A stretch of DNA of 57,463 nucleotides from Octopus bimaculoides (GCF_001194135.2 NC_068985.1:69860068-69917530), one strand, 5' to 3'. Counted from the stretch's first letter, positions 35,851 through 48,420 are shown. Notes: generated by a model from the sequence alone, not told the origin. Program-made: numbers and translations.

Positions 35851-38522
35851 CTGACTTACCTTGCTTTTATCACAGCCTACTATAACTATAAAGCAGTACA
35901 GAGGAAATGTATTTTTTTAGTGTCCAATTTTATCACAGTGACATCGTCCGATATGTCAACATGAGTCTCTCATGTTCTATTTCGCACAGGATGCCCCCCC
36001 CCCAGCGTCTCTAGTTTCCATATTAGTGATTCTTGAGTCAGTACATACAAAAGAGTAGCAATCGCGACGGACCAGGTGCGTGATACTGAGCGGTTCTGTT
36101 ACGTGACCATTTACCCGAAATACCGTGTAGTTATCGCTTTACATTTCGGCAACCCAACTACTGAAGATAGGAACGAAAGCAGCTGCCGTTAGAACAGCTA
36201 CAGCCGTATCTACCTTTTTTTTATTAGCCTCCAGTTGAAAAGGTTGTCAACCATGCTAGAATCCTCTCCCACTCAATCTATAACGGATCGTATGAGGCAG
36301 AGGTGATCGTAGATAAATATTCTCAGGATGGCTTAGATATTCATGTCATCAATGAGATGCTCAATGGAAATCGCTAACCTATTCGCTGTCACTTTACTGA
36401 AACTTTTAAAATCTGTCATTAGTAGTGTTATGGTCTTAGAATTGTATTCATGTTCCTCCTTAATTGGATTATTTGTCTTCCTCGACTCACAACTATATGA
36501 ATCCTACCATTCTGTTGTTATTTGCGGTAGATATCAACCAAGACTTACAAATATATTAGACATATACAAGTAAATCTTGAATTGCAAATCATCCAAAACA
36601 GGTGATGTGGATAATGCAGCCAATCATTGTTTCCTATATCTCTGTTACTGTAATCGGTTCTGTTACCGTAACCCTCTGCATTTGTTGCCGAGAGTTATGA
36701 CAGGCTGTCTAACTGGGCACGGAAATGCACTCCTACATTTCGGTCCGCCATTTTTTGAACCGTGAGGCAATGTATGACGTGCGTTTTTCATAGTCAATCA
36801 AAAATTAGTGAAATGTTGTTTTGGTGCCTCCAACACTCAGTCACTTGAAGCGGCTTCCATTCATTTGTGTCTTAGAGCATAGTCCTTATCTCTAACATTG
36901 GAACCATCGTGCTTCATTCTGAAGAATTCAACCAGAGCCAATCTCACCAGTCGCATGTTGGTTGCAATGTATTTCCTAAGTGTCTTTCTAAGTTTCTAAT
37001 TCACATTCATTCTTTTTTTTTATCACCATAACCATACTAAAACTAATTTATTGCACTCTAATTGTCCTTTCTTAGGAAAAAAACTCACCATTTTAATCCC
37101 CTCTCTGGTCTTTGTAATCTCGGTACGCAGAGAGTGATACGTTCAGTTACAATTAATTGTGTTCCTTTCTACAAATCCTACGCAAGTGAATCGAACAGAT
37201 GAGAAAATTTGAGGTGTGGACAACCGTCAATTTTAAAATGTGAACAGTCTGTACTATCTTTATTGACTTGACTACAGGATACGATGTAAAGAGCCCCATG
37301 CAGTTCCAGGTAGTTTTGCTTTGTTTTTCTGTCAACACATATGCGACAACTTGGCATTCTTCCCTCAGTGGCCACGTATAATTGTGTGACATGTGGTTGA
37401 CTGATTTTGTCAATAACTTGGTGATCCGTTTTGGTCAACTGTTCCATCCATGGCTCAGACAAATTTTGTTTTGGCAGCCTCTATACTGCTAAAATGTTGA
37501 TTTTGTTCCCTACAGTTGTTTATATCTCGTGACATATTAACAATTTTTATTGTAACTCCATTGCAACCAATGTAGAGTAGGATGATGCCTAATTACTCTA
37601 TTCTTATAGATCATTACCTTGCCCTATCTTATGTAGGAAATATTATCTCTATTACACCAAAATTTGAATATATTTGTTTCGGTTTCAGATTTGTATCAGA
37701 CATTCTTCATTCTGTTATTATTTCGCTACTTTAGTTTACATTTTGTAAATAAAGTTTCATATACAGCTGTTCTAATTTATTTGCTGCTGAATGAATTCTG
37801 GGATGGGATGAGCGACGTTTTGGCCGCACATCATTAGGATAACTAATGCATTTTCCAGTTTCTAAAGTTTAAAAATATTCTGCGGCCATTAGGCGAGTCA
37901 CGTCGAAGAAATCGCTAACGCTAGATTTGCATTTTTTTCATTTTATTTTTATCTTTTTATGATAGTGACAATGGTGGCAGAGGAGATGGAAGTTGCTGTT
38001 GCGCTGAATGGAAAATTGCATTTTTAAAATTTGTTTTGAACAGTCTCAATTTTTTATATATCTCATCTCGTTGTTGTTCTTTTCATTTGCCTTGTCTTTC
38101 TTGTTTTGGTTTGGATTATAGATGGTAGTAGTGGCGGTATTGTTGGAGATACGTGAGAGTGGAGTGGGACGTCAGTGCCAAAACAGTTAGTGAAAGACCT
38201 CGATGCTATATTTTGGGAAACACCTCGAAGCCCAATTTTGTTACTTACTTTAAAATGCGAAGATTTTTAGAAAACACAACCAGAAATTTCTACCTCTAAT
38301 GGCTAAAATATACCAAAACCTACTAGATTCAGTGGTGCAAGTTGATGCATTAACAAGACAGTACAAATACAAATAAGTTCCTTTAAACAATATTAAAGCA
38401 ATTTACTCACAGGTTTGTAAAAGACATCCTCCCCCTTCTAAGCACATGAAAACTAATAATGATAAAAGTAATAAAGTTAAGTTATTGATATCTTACACAT
38501 TCTCACACACACACACACACAC

Positions 38523-38598
<76 letters not shown>

Positions 38599-39708
38599 GT
38601 ATGTATATATGTATGCATGTATATATTGTATAAAGGATTGTAGGTGAGGCCAAACAATGCGAAGTAAATTCAAGGTGAGTCGCGAGAAATCACACACGCG
38701 CACATCGGCAACATTCGTCAATTTCTTGAAAATGGTGTCATAACCCCAAAATATTGAATATAAGGTAAGTCTACATTAATTCACTTATTTATTTTCTTGT
38801 GATTTACCTTGCATTTACTTCGCATTATTTTGGCCATACCCACGATCCTTTATACAATATATTATATGCAATGCTTCATAGTAATTATTCCATTATATAT
38901 ATTTTTCTGCTTGTACAAATGCATCTATTAATAAATTTTTTAGGCGTAACATTAACTACTGTGTTAGATGTAAGGCCAGGCACTCAAAGAGGTACGAACT
39001 AGACTGGATTATAATACCTTTACAACATTTGTAGACTATACATGAAGTGTACGTACATAACATTTTGCAAGGTAGTGAGTATTCTTCAATATCACTATTG
39101 TTATATGAGTCAAAATAAACATGAATCTATATAAGATAAATAAACATATACATATCTAAAGTTGTGAGTCAAGTTATGTAGTTCGATATCGTATTAAATA
39201 AACATTTAGTGGAACTTTTAAAACTATTTTGAATATTTTACAATGTTTACCAATCTGAAATGGTTTCTAGAATATTTAAGAGAATATATANNNNNNNNNN
39301 NNNNNNNNNNNNNNNNNNNNNNNNNNNNNNNNNNNNNNNNNNNNNNNNNNNNNNNNNNNNNNNNNNNNNNNNNNNNNNNNNNNNNNNNNNNNNNNNNNNN
39401 NNNNNNNNNNNNNNNNNNNNNNNNNNNNNNNNNNNNNNNNNNNNNNNNNNNNNNNNNNNNNNNNNNNNNNNNNNNNNNNNNNNNNNNNNNNNNNNNNNNN
39501 NNNNNNNNNNNNNNNNNNNNNNNNNNNNNNNNNNNNNNNNNNNNNNNNNNNNNNNNNNNNNNNNNNNNNNNNNNNNNNNNNNNNNNNNNNNNNNNNNNNN
39601 NNNNNNNNNNNNNNNNNNNNNNNNNNNNNNNNNNNNNNNNNNNNNNNNNNNNNNNNNNNNNNNNNNNNNNNNCTCTCTCTCTCTCCCCCCCTGTCTCTCT
39701 GTCTCCCC

Positions 39709-39739
<31 letters not shown>

Positions 39740-40729
39740 TTATTTATATATATATATATAGTCATATCCATGCAAATATAGATATAAATGTGTCACTATC
39801 TATGCAAGTGTGTGTACTTGTTCATGTCTACTAGCGTGTGTGTTTGTGAGTGTGTGTATGTGTGTGTATGTGTGTGCGCGTGCGTGTGTGTATGTGCGCG
39901 TGCGTGTGCATGTGTGTGTGTGTGTGTGTATATGTGTGTCTGTGTGTGTGTGTGTGCGTGCAATCATCAAATTTATTCATCTGAAAACACATTTAGATAT
40001 ATATATGAAGAAAAGCGGTAAATCCTCAATCGTCTGGGGATTAAAATTTCTTATTCTACCTAAGATTTATTCACTCGGTCAACTCGATAAATTAAACATT
40101 ACAAAAAAATGTTATTGCTGAATTTCCTCTTGAAAAAGAAATATTTTGATACTTGAAAGACATTCCGTTCAATTCAATCATTGTGAAAGCTTTAATCAGT
40201 CATTATAGTGAATGTGTGTACATGTGATTATAAATATGTTCGTAAGTACATTTGCATTAATATGTTTCTAACTTTAAAAGTGTATTACTTGTTTCAGTGT
40301 GTGTGTGTGTGTGTGTGCGTGTGTGTGCGTGTGTGTGTGTGTGTGCATGTATGTGTGTGTGCGTATTTGTGTATGCCTGCGTTGGAGGCCGAAGTTTTAA
40401 CTGTTTATGTACTTACTAACATCAGGTCGTGCAAATTTCATCAACACCGATGCATTACCTGCAGCTATGCCACAACTATAAATGCTTTTAGACACGCATG
40501 CACAACCACGCACATATATACACACACACAAGTACACATAAACCACACACAAACTTCACGCAAGCACACCACACACATATACTACACACATACACAGATT
40601 TAAGAGAACAAATGTAATAACTTATATATTACAGTCCTTCAAAATTCTGTGGTACCGGAATGCATATATACATACAAGTATACGTACTTACATATATGCA
40701 CAAAAATTCACGTATAAATATTTTAAGCT

Positions 40730-41130
40730 GATTACCGCTTGTCCCCAATGGATCACCTGGTGATGAAAGGTCTTTCAACACGTTCACGTCAGGAACCTCT
40801 ATCCAGACCAGGCCGTCGTTTGCCGCGTCTTACGTCCACACTCTTTCAATAACCCTGAGAGGAACCTCATTTTATACACACACTGCATTCTGATTTCCAC
40901 TCAATCAATTTCTTCTGTGATCCCTTTCTCGGCATGCATAGAATTTGACTTAACATTTTTAACCATCTTATGTCTATTATATCTCTTAGGTTATTTTGTC
41001 CACTCTTATACATGATTTCATCATTCGTAATATGGCTGCACGAAATAATTATGTGGACGTCAACAGACTTGTACATGTTTGGTCTGGAATTTTCCACATC
41101 CCACAAACTTGCCATCGTTGACAACAGCGA
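40730..41130 (-). pseudogene. RTE-clade LINE 3' fragment
   Basis: ORF 40867..41124, SHITNDEIMYKSGQNNLRDIIDIRWLKMLSQILCMP...IEWK, resembles the RTE post-RT block (W.D.ITNEEV...IR.RRL...GH.LRM...P...W). Confidence 0.65.
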
Positions 41131-41445
41131 CTAAAGTATATGATATTATTGATAGCGTAGATTTTCCATAAATGTTTCGAGCATATGAAGACAACGGTTA
41201 TTTACTCAATAGCGTCTCGACGGCAGTTCTCGTATAGCCACCGTGGGAGATATTACTTTTGAGGTGCATCCTACTCCATCCCTGTGTATCCTACTCTTTC
41301 CCTGTCTCTCTCCTTATTTCTCTGCCCCCTCTCCCCGTCTCTCTCTGCTGTAACTTTCTTTAACTGCACACACACACACACACACACATTGTCTCTCCTT
41401 GTATAGCAGTAAAGTGTCAATAATTGTTGGTGATGTCCTGTAACC

Positions 41446-41924
41446 ATATATGCATATATATATATAACATTTATATTGTTTGATTGAACGTCACGCATCT
41501 ATATCCAGGTAAGCTTGCCTTAATCTCTTTGATGCGACTCTATACTGTTTTCTCCCCCATTGTTTTCTCTCTCATCCTTTTCTAACTCCTGTTTTTCCTC
41601 CCCATCACCGTCTTCTATCTGTCTCACTCTCTCTCTCTCTCGCTTCTTTCCTCTTTCTCGCTCTCGTTGCTTNNNNNNNNNNTATATATATATATATATA
41701 TATGCATATATATATATAACATTTATATTGTTTGATTGAACGTCACGCATCTATATCCAGGTAAGCTTGCCTTAATCTCTTTGATGCGACTCTATACTGT
41801 TTTCTCCCCCATTGTTTTCTCTCTCATCCTTTTCTAACTCCTGTTTTTCCTCCCCATCACCGTCTTCTATCTGTCTCACTCTCTCTCTCTCTCGCTTCTT
41901 TCCTCTTTCTCGCTCTCGTTGCTT
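41446..41924. other. Exact about 206-bp duplication across a 10-N gap (probable scaffolding artefact)
   Basis: 41446-41652 is identical to about 41698-41924, either side of N41653-41662. Confidence 0.8.
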
Positions 41925-42199
41925 ACACGTAACTATCGTCCATCATTCTTTTCTTCACGCGATCATCTTTTCTTTCGGGACTGTCTTAAGGACTAGCTGT
42001 ATCCTATCTCTACCTTCTATCTTTTGTCTTTTCAAAGAGAATATTTCTCCAGCGTTTGCTATTTTACCCTCGTTCTGGTCCATGTTTGTTTTCGTTCGGT
42101 TTCCTTGTGTCTTCACTGTTCTGTATTTGTTCCAAACTTTGATCCTCCATAAATCCCAAATTTTATTTTGGTACTTATGGGAGGAATTGTCTTCGAAGA

Positions 42200-42265
42200 C
42201 TCATATTGTCGTTCACTGCTCGAAATGAGAAGTAGATAGACAGCCGACAACTGATGAAGGGCCGT
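42200..42265 (+). ncRNA. Candidate hammerhead ribozyme with non-canonical (permuted) strand order
   Basis: CTCAT-A^TTGTCG (42200-42211), GCTC-GAAA-TGAG (42218-42229), CGACAA-CTGATGA-A-GGGC (42245-42262). Helix I is 6/6 and helix III 5/5 Watson-Crick; helix II is 4 bp with one extra A. Confidence 0.6.
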
Positions 42266-42394
42266 TCTTTATGTTACTTGTCCTGTTTTCCATTTGTTTC
42301 TCTCGTTGTTTGCGTATTGAAATCATTTGTTTTCTTATTTCATGTTGTTTCATGTTACTGACGTCCAGTACACATATATGCATATGTATGTTTG

Positions 42395-42445
<51 letters not shown>

Positions 42446-42449
42446 CGAG

Positions 42450-42489
<40 letters not shown>

Positions 42490-43006
42490 CGGAATTCCGA
42501 TTCAGACAAGGAAAGAGGTTAACAATTAAACCAACTTCATTTGCGCTTCCGAGATAATTTATGTTATAATTTTTCAGCTTGTGAACATAGCTATATAGAA
42601 CGGACAAGTATGGCACTTAGACAGATAACCACACTACATAAGGAACAGATCCATTTCCCACAGTACAGATAAATTACTTTGAGCAAACACATGGAGAGAT
42701 GTACAGGTAATATCCAACAGTTTTCCACGTCTATCAGAGCAAAGAAACAATTTCTGTACCAGAACATTTTGATAAAATAAAGATTATTTATCTAAAAATA
42801 CAGAACAAGCCTAAATATAACTTGCATAATCAACTTTGGTCTTAGTATATATTTCACCTCACTACTTTAGCTTTTGAGTTTTTGTATATTTATTTATCCC
42901 TTCCCCCAAAATACACAATTACCTCCCCTGTCCTGAATAATAACGATTACCAATTACATCCTCTTAGATTTTTCGATTTTTCTACTTGTTGATTCATTCA
43001 AAAACT

Positions 43007-43110
43007 CCCATACACAGCATGAACTAAAGTTTTCTTAAGAAAATACATAATTACTATAATTGCAATGTATGTAAACTATGCAAACTGTATGCAGTTTCGT
43101 TCTTTTGCTA

Positions 43111-43145
<35 letters not shown>

Positions 43146-43275
43146 NNNNNNNNNNCCCATACACAGCATGAACTAAAGTTTTCTTAAGAAAATACATAAT
43201 TACTATAATTGCAATGTATGTAAACTATGCAAACTGTATGCAGTTTCGTTCTTTTGCTATATATGTATATATATA
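43007..43275. other. Exact about 119-bp duplication across a 10-N gap (probable scaffolding artefact)
   Basis: 43007-43125 is repeated at 43156-43275, either side of N43146-43155. Confidence 0.8.
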
Positions 43276-44535
43276 CTGGGTGCGTAAGGTATTTGAGGAC
43301 ATACCTTTTTGAGTAATCGGTGCCTTTTTTTTTTGCTAACACTGTATATCATCTTTGTTTCAGAAAATAATAATGGCAGACCTGCAGATGACTCCAGAAA
43401 TGAAGGGGCATGCTGTTATTATGGTTGTAAAGGATGAGCATACCAATTTAGAAATATCTCGATTTTTAAAATTTGCCAGATCATTCGTTTCCAAAGTCTG
43501 TAAGGAGCTAGATAATGAAGATGGAAATATATCACCAGTATCAAAACATAAAACGCATTCTAAACGTTTTCAAATCATCAGAACACCTGAATGTATCCAA
43601 CAAGTTCAACTGACCGTTGATTGCAATCCTAGAAAATTCATGAGATCAATTGCAAAAGATCTCTAGTTGTCAGAAGGAACAGTCAGAAATGTCGTCTGCG
43701 AAGACATAAAATATAAGTCTTATATGATGATGAACGGTAAATTTGTCAGAAACACACAAAAGAAAATCACTACATCAGATCTGAAAGGCTCTTAAACGAA
43801 CTCAAAAATGCAGCAGGTAAAATGATTTGTTTTTTTCTCAAACGAGAGAAAAACATCGATGAAGATCAACAAATTAACAGAAGAAATGACAGATAGTTAT
43901 GTGCAGACCCTTCTGAAGTCCCAAGTGTTTTATGCATACAAAATTTCCTGAAACTGTCATGTCTTTAGGGGCTGTCAGCAATGAAGGACATGTGATACCT
44001 CTTAACGTCTTTCTACAAGGCTACATACATTGAGGTCCCGGAAATAATTGTTAAGCCCTCGATAGACAGTGTATGCAATGGAAGGCCATATGTGTTTCAG
44101 TAAGACTCTGCACTATCACACATGGCTCTTGTAACACAGGAATAGTTGGCCGAAAATATTCATGATCACATAACGCCTAACATTTGGCCTCCTAATGCTC
44201 CAGATCGCAATACATTGCACTATTACATGTGGAGCGCTGTTCAGAGGGAGGTCATTGAACACGCCCATAACACCAAAGATTATTTGAAAGCTGCTATAGT
44301 TACAGTAACGTCAAACATGAGCTAGGATCACTTGATTCGAACATATACATGATTTAGATGCCGTATGGAAGCAGTTGCTGAAGCTGAAGGTGGCTTTATT
44401 GCATAAAATTATAGAAAAGAAGGTTTATTTTTATCATTATAGCAGTTTTTGTTAAATTAATTTATTATCTGTTATTATATTTCTGTTTTGTTTTTTATAA
44501 ACATAAATCTGCCCTCTAACATCTTACGCACCCTA
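43276..44535 (+). mobile_element. Full-length but inactive maT/DD37D (Tc1-mariner superfamily) transposon
   Basis: Imperfect TIRs GGGTGCGTAAGGTATTTGAGGAC / GGGTGCGTAAGATGTTAGAGGGC. ORF 43355..43666 is followed by FSNEK, PYVFQ*DSA and WPPNAPDRNTLHYY; there are 37 residues from the second D to the third catalytic position (now CAC, His). Confidence 0.88.
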
Positions 44536-44804
44536 TGTATGTGTGCGTGCGTGTGTGTATGTGTGTGTGTGCATTAGAGGAAAAAGAACAAAACCAAGGT
44601 AGGACGAGTATCTCAGTTCATTAAGAGTATTCACTTGGAGTAAGGTGAATTAGCAGCCTTACAGCTGTTTCTGAGATATCCCAAGAGATAGATCAGCATC
44701 TTCAAACGCTGGGTATTCAGTCATAAAAGACAACATGGGTATGTAGGACAGTTCCAGACAGAGAATTCACAAATAATATTTTTCTATTAAGAAATTATTT
44801 TCGC

Positions 44805-44982
44805 AAATCAGGCAGCATTTCGTTCATTTTGCGTTCTCAGTTCAAATGCTATTAAAGTCGACTTTGCCTTTCATCCTTTTGGAACCGATAAAAGAAATAC
44901 CAGTGAAGTACTGGGATCAATGTAATTGACTTAACACCTTCTTACAAATTTGCTGGCCTTGTACCAAAATTTGAAACCAATA
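44805..44982 (+). mobile_element. tRNA-derived SINE, 5'-truncated
   Basis: CGTTCTCAGTTCAAATGCTATTAAAGTCGACTTTGCCTTTCATCCTTTTGGAACCGATAAA...GGCCTTGTACCAAAATTTGAAACC; same family as 57100-57298. Confidence 0.8.
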
Positions 44983-46179
44983 CTTCAGAAGGAAAAGAAA
45001 CACTGATTAGAAAATAACATATGTCTTTAGATTGACGTGAATATGAGTCCCTTTCTCTATTATCATTACAAACTCCTAAAGCTGTGTTAATTGTATTCCA
45101 TGTCAGCCGTTAATTGTATTCCATGTCAGTTAAGTATTGAATGATGAAGCGAAAAACCGACCACAATCACTTTGAACCATGTCTTCAATTTTTTTTTTCT
45201 TTGTTCTGAGTATTAAGTTCGAAAAGTTTTTGAAATGAAAATGAAATAAGTAATATAAATTTGTTTTATTAAAAGCTGTCAACGCAATGTATTTTCTGTT
45301 CTGTAGATCGAGGAATCTACATAAGTGACCACACTATACAAGTTTCGAGAATCCGGCAAGCTACTTTTAACTTCTTAAAAGAAAAAAATGCTCTAAGAAA
45401 ATATAACTATTCGTTAGCCATCTATAACTAGGAAGTTATAAAAATGTGTTATTGACTTTTATGCTTCACATAAGCATGGAAATTCTATACATCATTTAGA
45501 GTAGAATACATTCTACTCTTTGCCGACTGTCAATGGTAAATTATATTTATTTCTTATTCTTTTATTTTCAATATCTCTTTCATTTTATCTTTATATTTGA
45601 AAAAAGATTACTTAAAATCGAGTTATATAAGTAAGAATAAATGAACGTCGTTTAATAGTAACTCATATCATCACAGCGTTCAAATTATTTCTCAACGTCG
45701 TATAACGCCATGCTTTGAGGAGAACTATCAAACCACTGTTTCACATAAATGCAAACATACATGTGCGCGGGTAAAGTCCTAACACCTGATGAATATTTAC
45801 AAATGTAAGCTCGTGCAACTCTAGTTGACTACACTTGTTTACAACAAAAATATTCTGCACATCACTTGCATCACATACATTCATATTTTGCAGTGATCAC
45901 AATCAACGATAAACTGTCCAGACCAATGTGTACTAGGACAATTATATTCTAACTCATCAGCACAGATTGAAAATAGAGACAAAGCACAAAATATAATATC
46001 AAATTGAACTAAAGAAAAAGTCATAAAAGGGAGGTGAGAGTAATAAAATATTATTGCTAAATAAAATGACACTTCCAAAGAAAAACCTGTAGGGAATTAG
46101 TAATAATGGTACACCGCGTGACGAATGGAATAACATAGTCACTATGATTAAAGAGAAGTACGTGAAGTACCGGAGTACG

Positions 46180-47477
46180 TTGTAGGCGGTAGAGGGGCAA
46201 GTATATGACGTCCAATATCGTCGTGGGACGTTGGACAGAAGGTCCGGTTAAAATGCTAGGGATCTGGTTTGGTCCGGATCTACTGGTAGAGAAGAATTGG
46301 AGTGTCCCTTTTCCGCGTTTTGTGGAGAGGTGTACCACTTGTAAGGCGCTCTATCTGCTGCCAAAAGCCGTTAAAGGGTAGGATAGGAATGCCGTGGCTG
46401 AAGATGCGCAAGTTTGCGCTAAGGCCTAGGCACTTCAGGCTCTATTGGCTAGAGAATAGGTGTGATCACCGCTCGTGAAGTTTTTCTTACTGCAATTAAC
46501 CTTTCTTCGGCAGTTAAGTCCTTGAATCAAGCGGATACTCAGACTGAGTGATTGGCAGCTAGATTGCCAACAGGCACTCATGCTATTCTCACGGACGGGC
46601 AATATCGGCAGCTGACTTCTATAGCTGGTCGATAGAGTTCATGTCAGACGATGTCCTGGGGGAGATTCTGAGCTTCGATAGAAATCAGTTAACCAACTTG
46701 TTCGAAAGAACTTTCGGGTCGGGGTATCTGGATAATTACCAGAAAACCCTGACCTGGTTGGGTTATCGATCCGCCTTACCTATTCGAGAGAGGTTGTCAA
46801 GACACGATTGTGCCATCTCACCGACGTGTTTAGGATGCGAGCGGGACAGTGAAACTGTCCTACACGCCTTCGTACAGTGTGAGGAAATTAGGGAATTTAT
46901 AACCTATATCGAGCAGCTGTTATCAACGACAGAAAGAGTACAGCTATCAGCTGAATTTATTTTTAAGTTTGTGCCGTTCTCCTCCCTGAACAGGTAAAGA
47001 TGGCTCTTTCCTCTGCGTAGTGGTCATGCTCAAAGAGACAGTGTGGATAACACGTGTGAAAGGGATCGCAACAGGTACCTTCATCTCCACCCTAGAGAGG
47101 TTAGTTATTTTAACTACCACCTCCAAATAAAATCCTGCTTGAGAGGAGATACCTGTCGCATAGAACGTTTGATAAAAGATGGACGACAGCAGTAAGTAAG
47201 TAGCGGATGAATAGAAATAGCTAAATGCAGCCATCCGGCGATAAAAGGGAATACGTCGGATAACGGCGGTGGGTCAATTAACTCAGTTATATATTTGATA
47301 GGAATTTTTAATTATTTATCGATTTTCTCTGTAACTTTTGAAATATATTAATTCGATTTCAATATATTTGTTATTTTCATTGTAATCATTTCATTGTAAT
47401 CACACTGTTTACGTCCACTTGTCCGACATTGTAATCTCCCTTCTGTGTTGGGCCCTGTTTGGCCAATAAAAGAAATC
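46180..47477 (+). mobile_element. L1/Tx1-clade LINE 3' fragment (RT C-terminus, zf-RVT-like Cys/His motif, 3' UTR)
   Basis: GPVKMLGIWFGPDLLVEKNW, FRVLWRGVPLVRRSICC...GMPWL, and ORF 46641..46997 KTLTWLGYRSALPIRERL...PTCLGC...ETVLHAFVQC. Ends ...GGCCAATAAAAGAAATC. Confidence 0.82.
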
Positions 47478-48278
47478 ATACGCAGTAGGCGGTCATAGAT
47501 AGATGCATTTTGCTGGTTTTATCAAGAATACTGTATGCAGAAGTGGGCGTTATAACAATCCAACATTTTAAGAGTGAACCCGTTCTAAAGATAGCGAATG
47601 GAATTTGTTGATACACAAACATGATACACAGACATGAGATAGTAAAGTTAATTTGAAGAATACGACTTTCTAAACAGGCACCAGCACTACGACATCATAA
47701 ATGTGACGTAGGATGATAAAACATGGATATTCCAAATGGAATATTTGATGTTGGAATTTCAACAAAATTCAATATCCACAGAAATTTTAATACCATGACT
47801 ACTAAGCTGAAAATGCACTGAGAGATATCTTACAGCCATCTCTCTTGCAAGTCATAATATTTCGTTAGCCATTTTGCTGAAAGTTATGTTCGAAATTTCA
47901 TTGCATATTTAAAAAAAAAATTGAAATTATCATATTTTGCCAATTTTAAATGCAAGAGTTCACGTATTTCTTGTAAAATTCTGTAAGTGATAAAGGACTC
48001 TAATTATCAAGGACGAATACTGTTGTGCTTGTTGAGTAGTAACCAAGGGGAAAATAAAACAATAACTGCATTAAGTGCCACTCCAAATGAAATTACAACT
48101 ACATACTGAGAGAAAATGAGAGTTAGGAGTAGTACATCGAGGTGTGTGTGTGTGTGTGTGTGTGTGAGTGTGTGTACACGTACATAGACACAAATGTATA
48201 TATGTACGTATGTATGCCTGTCTATATATGGGTTTGTGTGTGTATATATATATATATATGTGTGTGTGTATATCTATG

Positions 48279-48360
<82 letters not shown>

Positions 48361-48389
48361 GAGAGAGAGAGAGAGAAAGAAAAAATAGA

Positions 48390-48420
<31 letters not shown>

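Noticed and set aside
36155-36200. CTGAAGA...GAAA-GCAGCTGC hammerhead-like motif
   Set aside because: No stem II, and U16.1 is missing.
36300-37460. Possible Gypsy integrase relic on the minus strand (SSD*VLEAPKQHFTNF; TSYIASRFKKW)
   Set aside because: Only faint motif echoes across several frameshifts; it cannot be supported without a profile search.
35850-38775. Consensus donor sites (minus-strand CAAG|GTAAGT near 35858; plus-strand AAG|GTGAGT at 38675 and AAG|GTAAGT at 38765)
   Set aside because: There is no matching acceptor with an identifiable ORF, and such motifs are expected by chance in 57 kb.
41446-41924. Exact duplication containing a CAG|GTAAGC donor-like site, as a biological tandem duplication or duplicated exon
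   Set aside because: Identical copies flank a 10-N gap, the signature of unmerged contig overlap.
43007-43275. Exact 119-bp duplication next to the maT element, as a target-site duplication
   Set aside because: The copies flank a 10-N gap and are far too long for a TA-targeting element; this is an assembly artefact.
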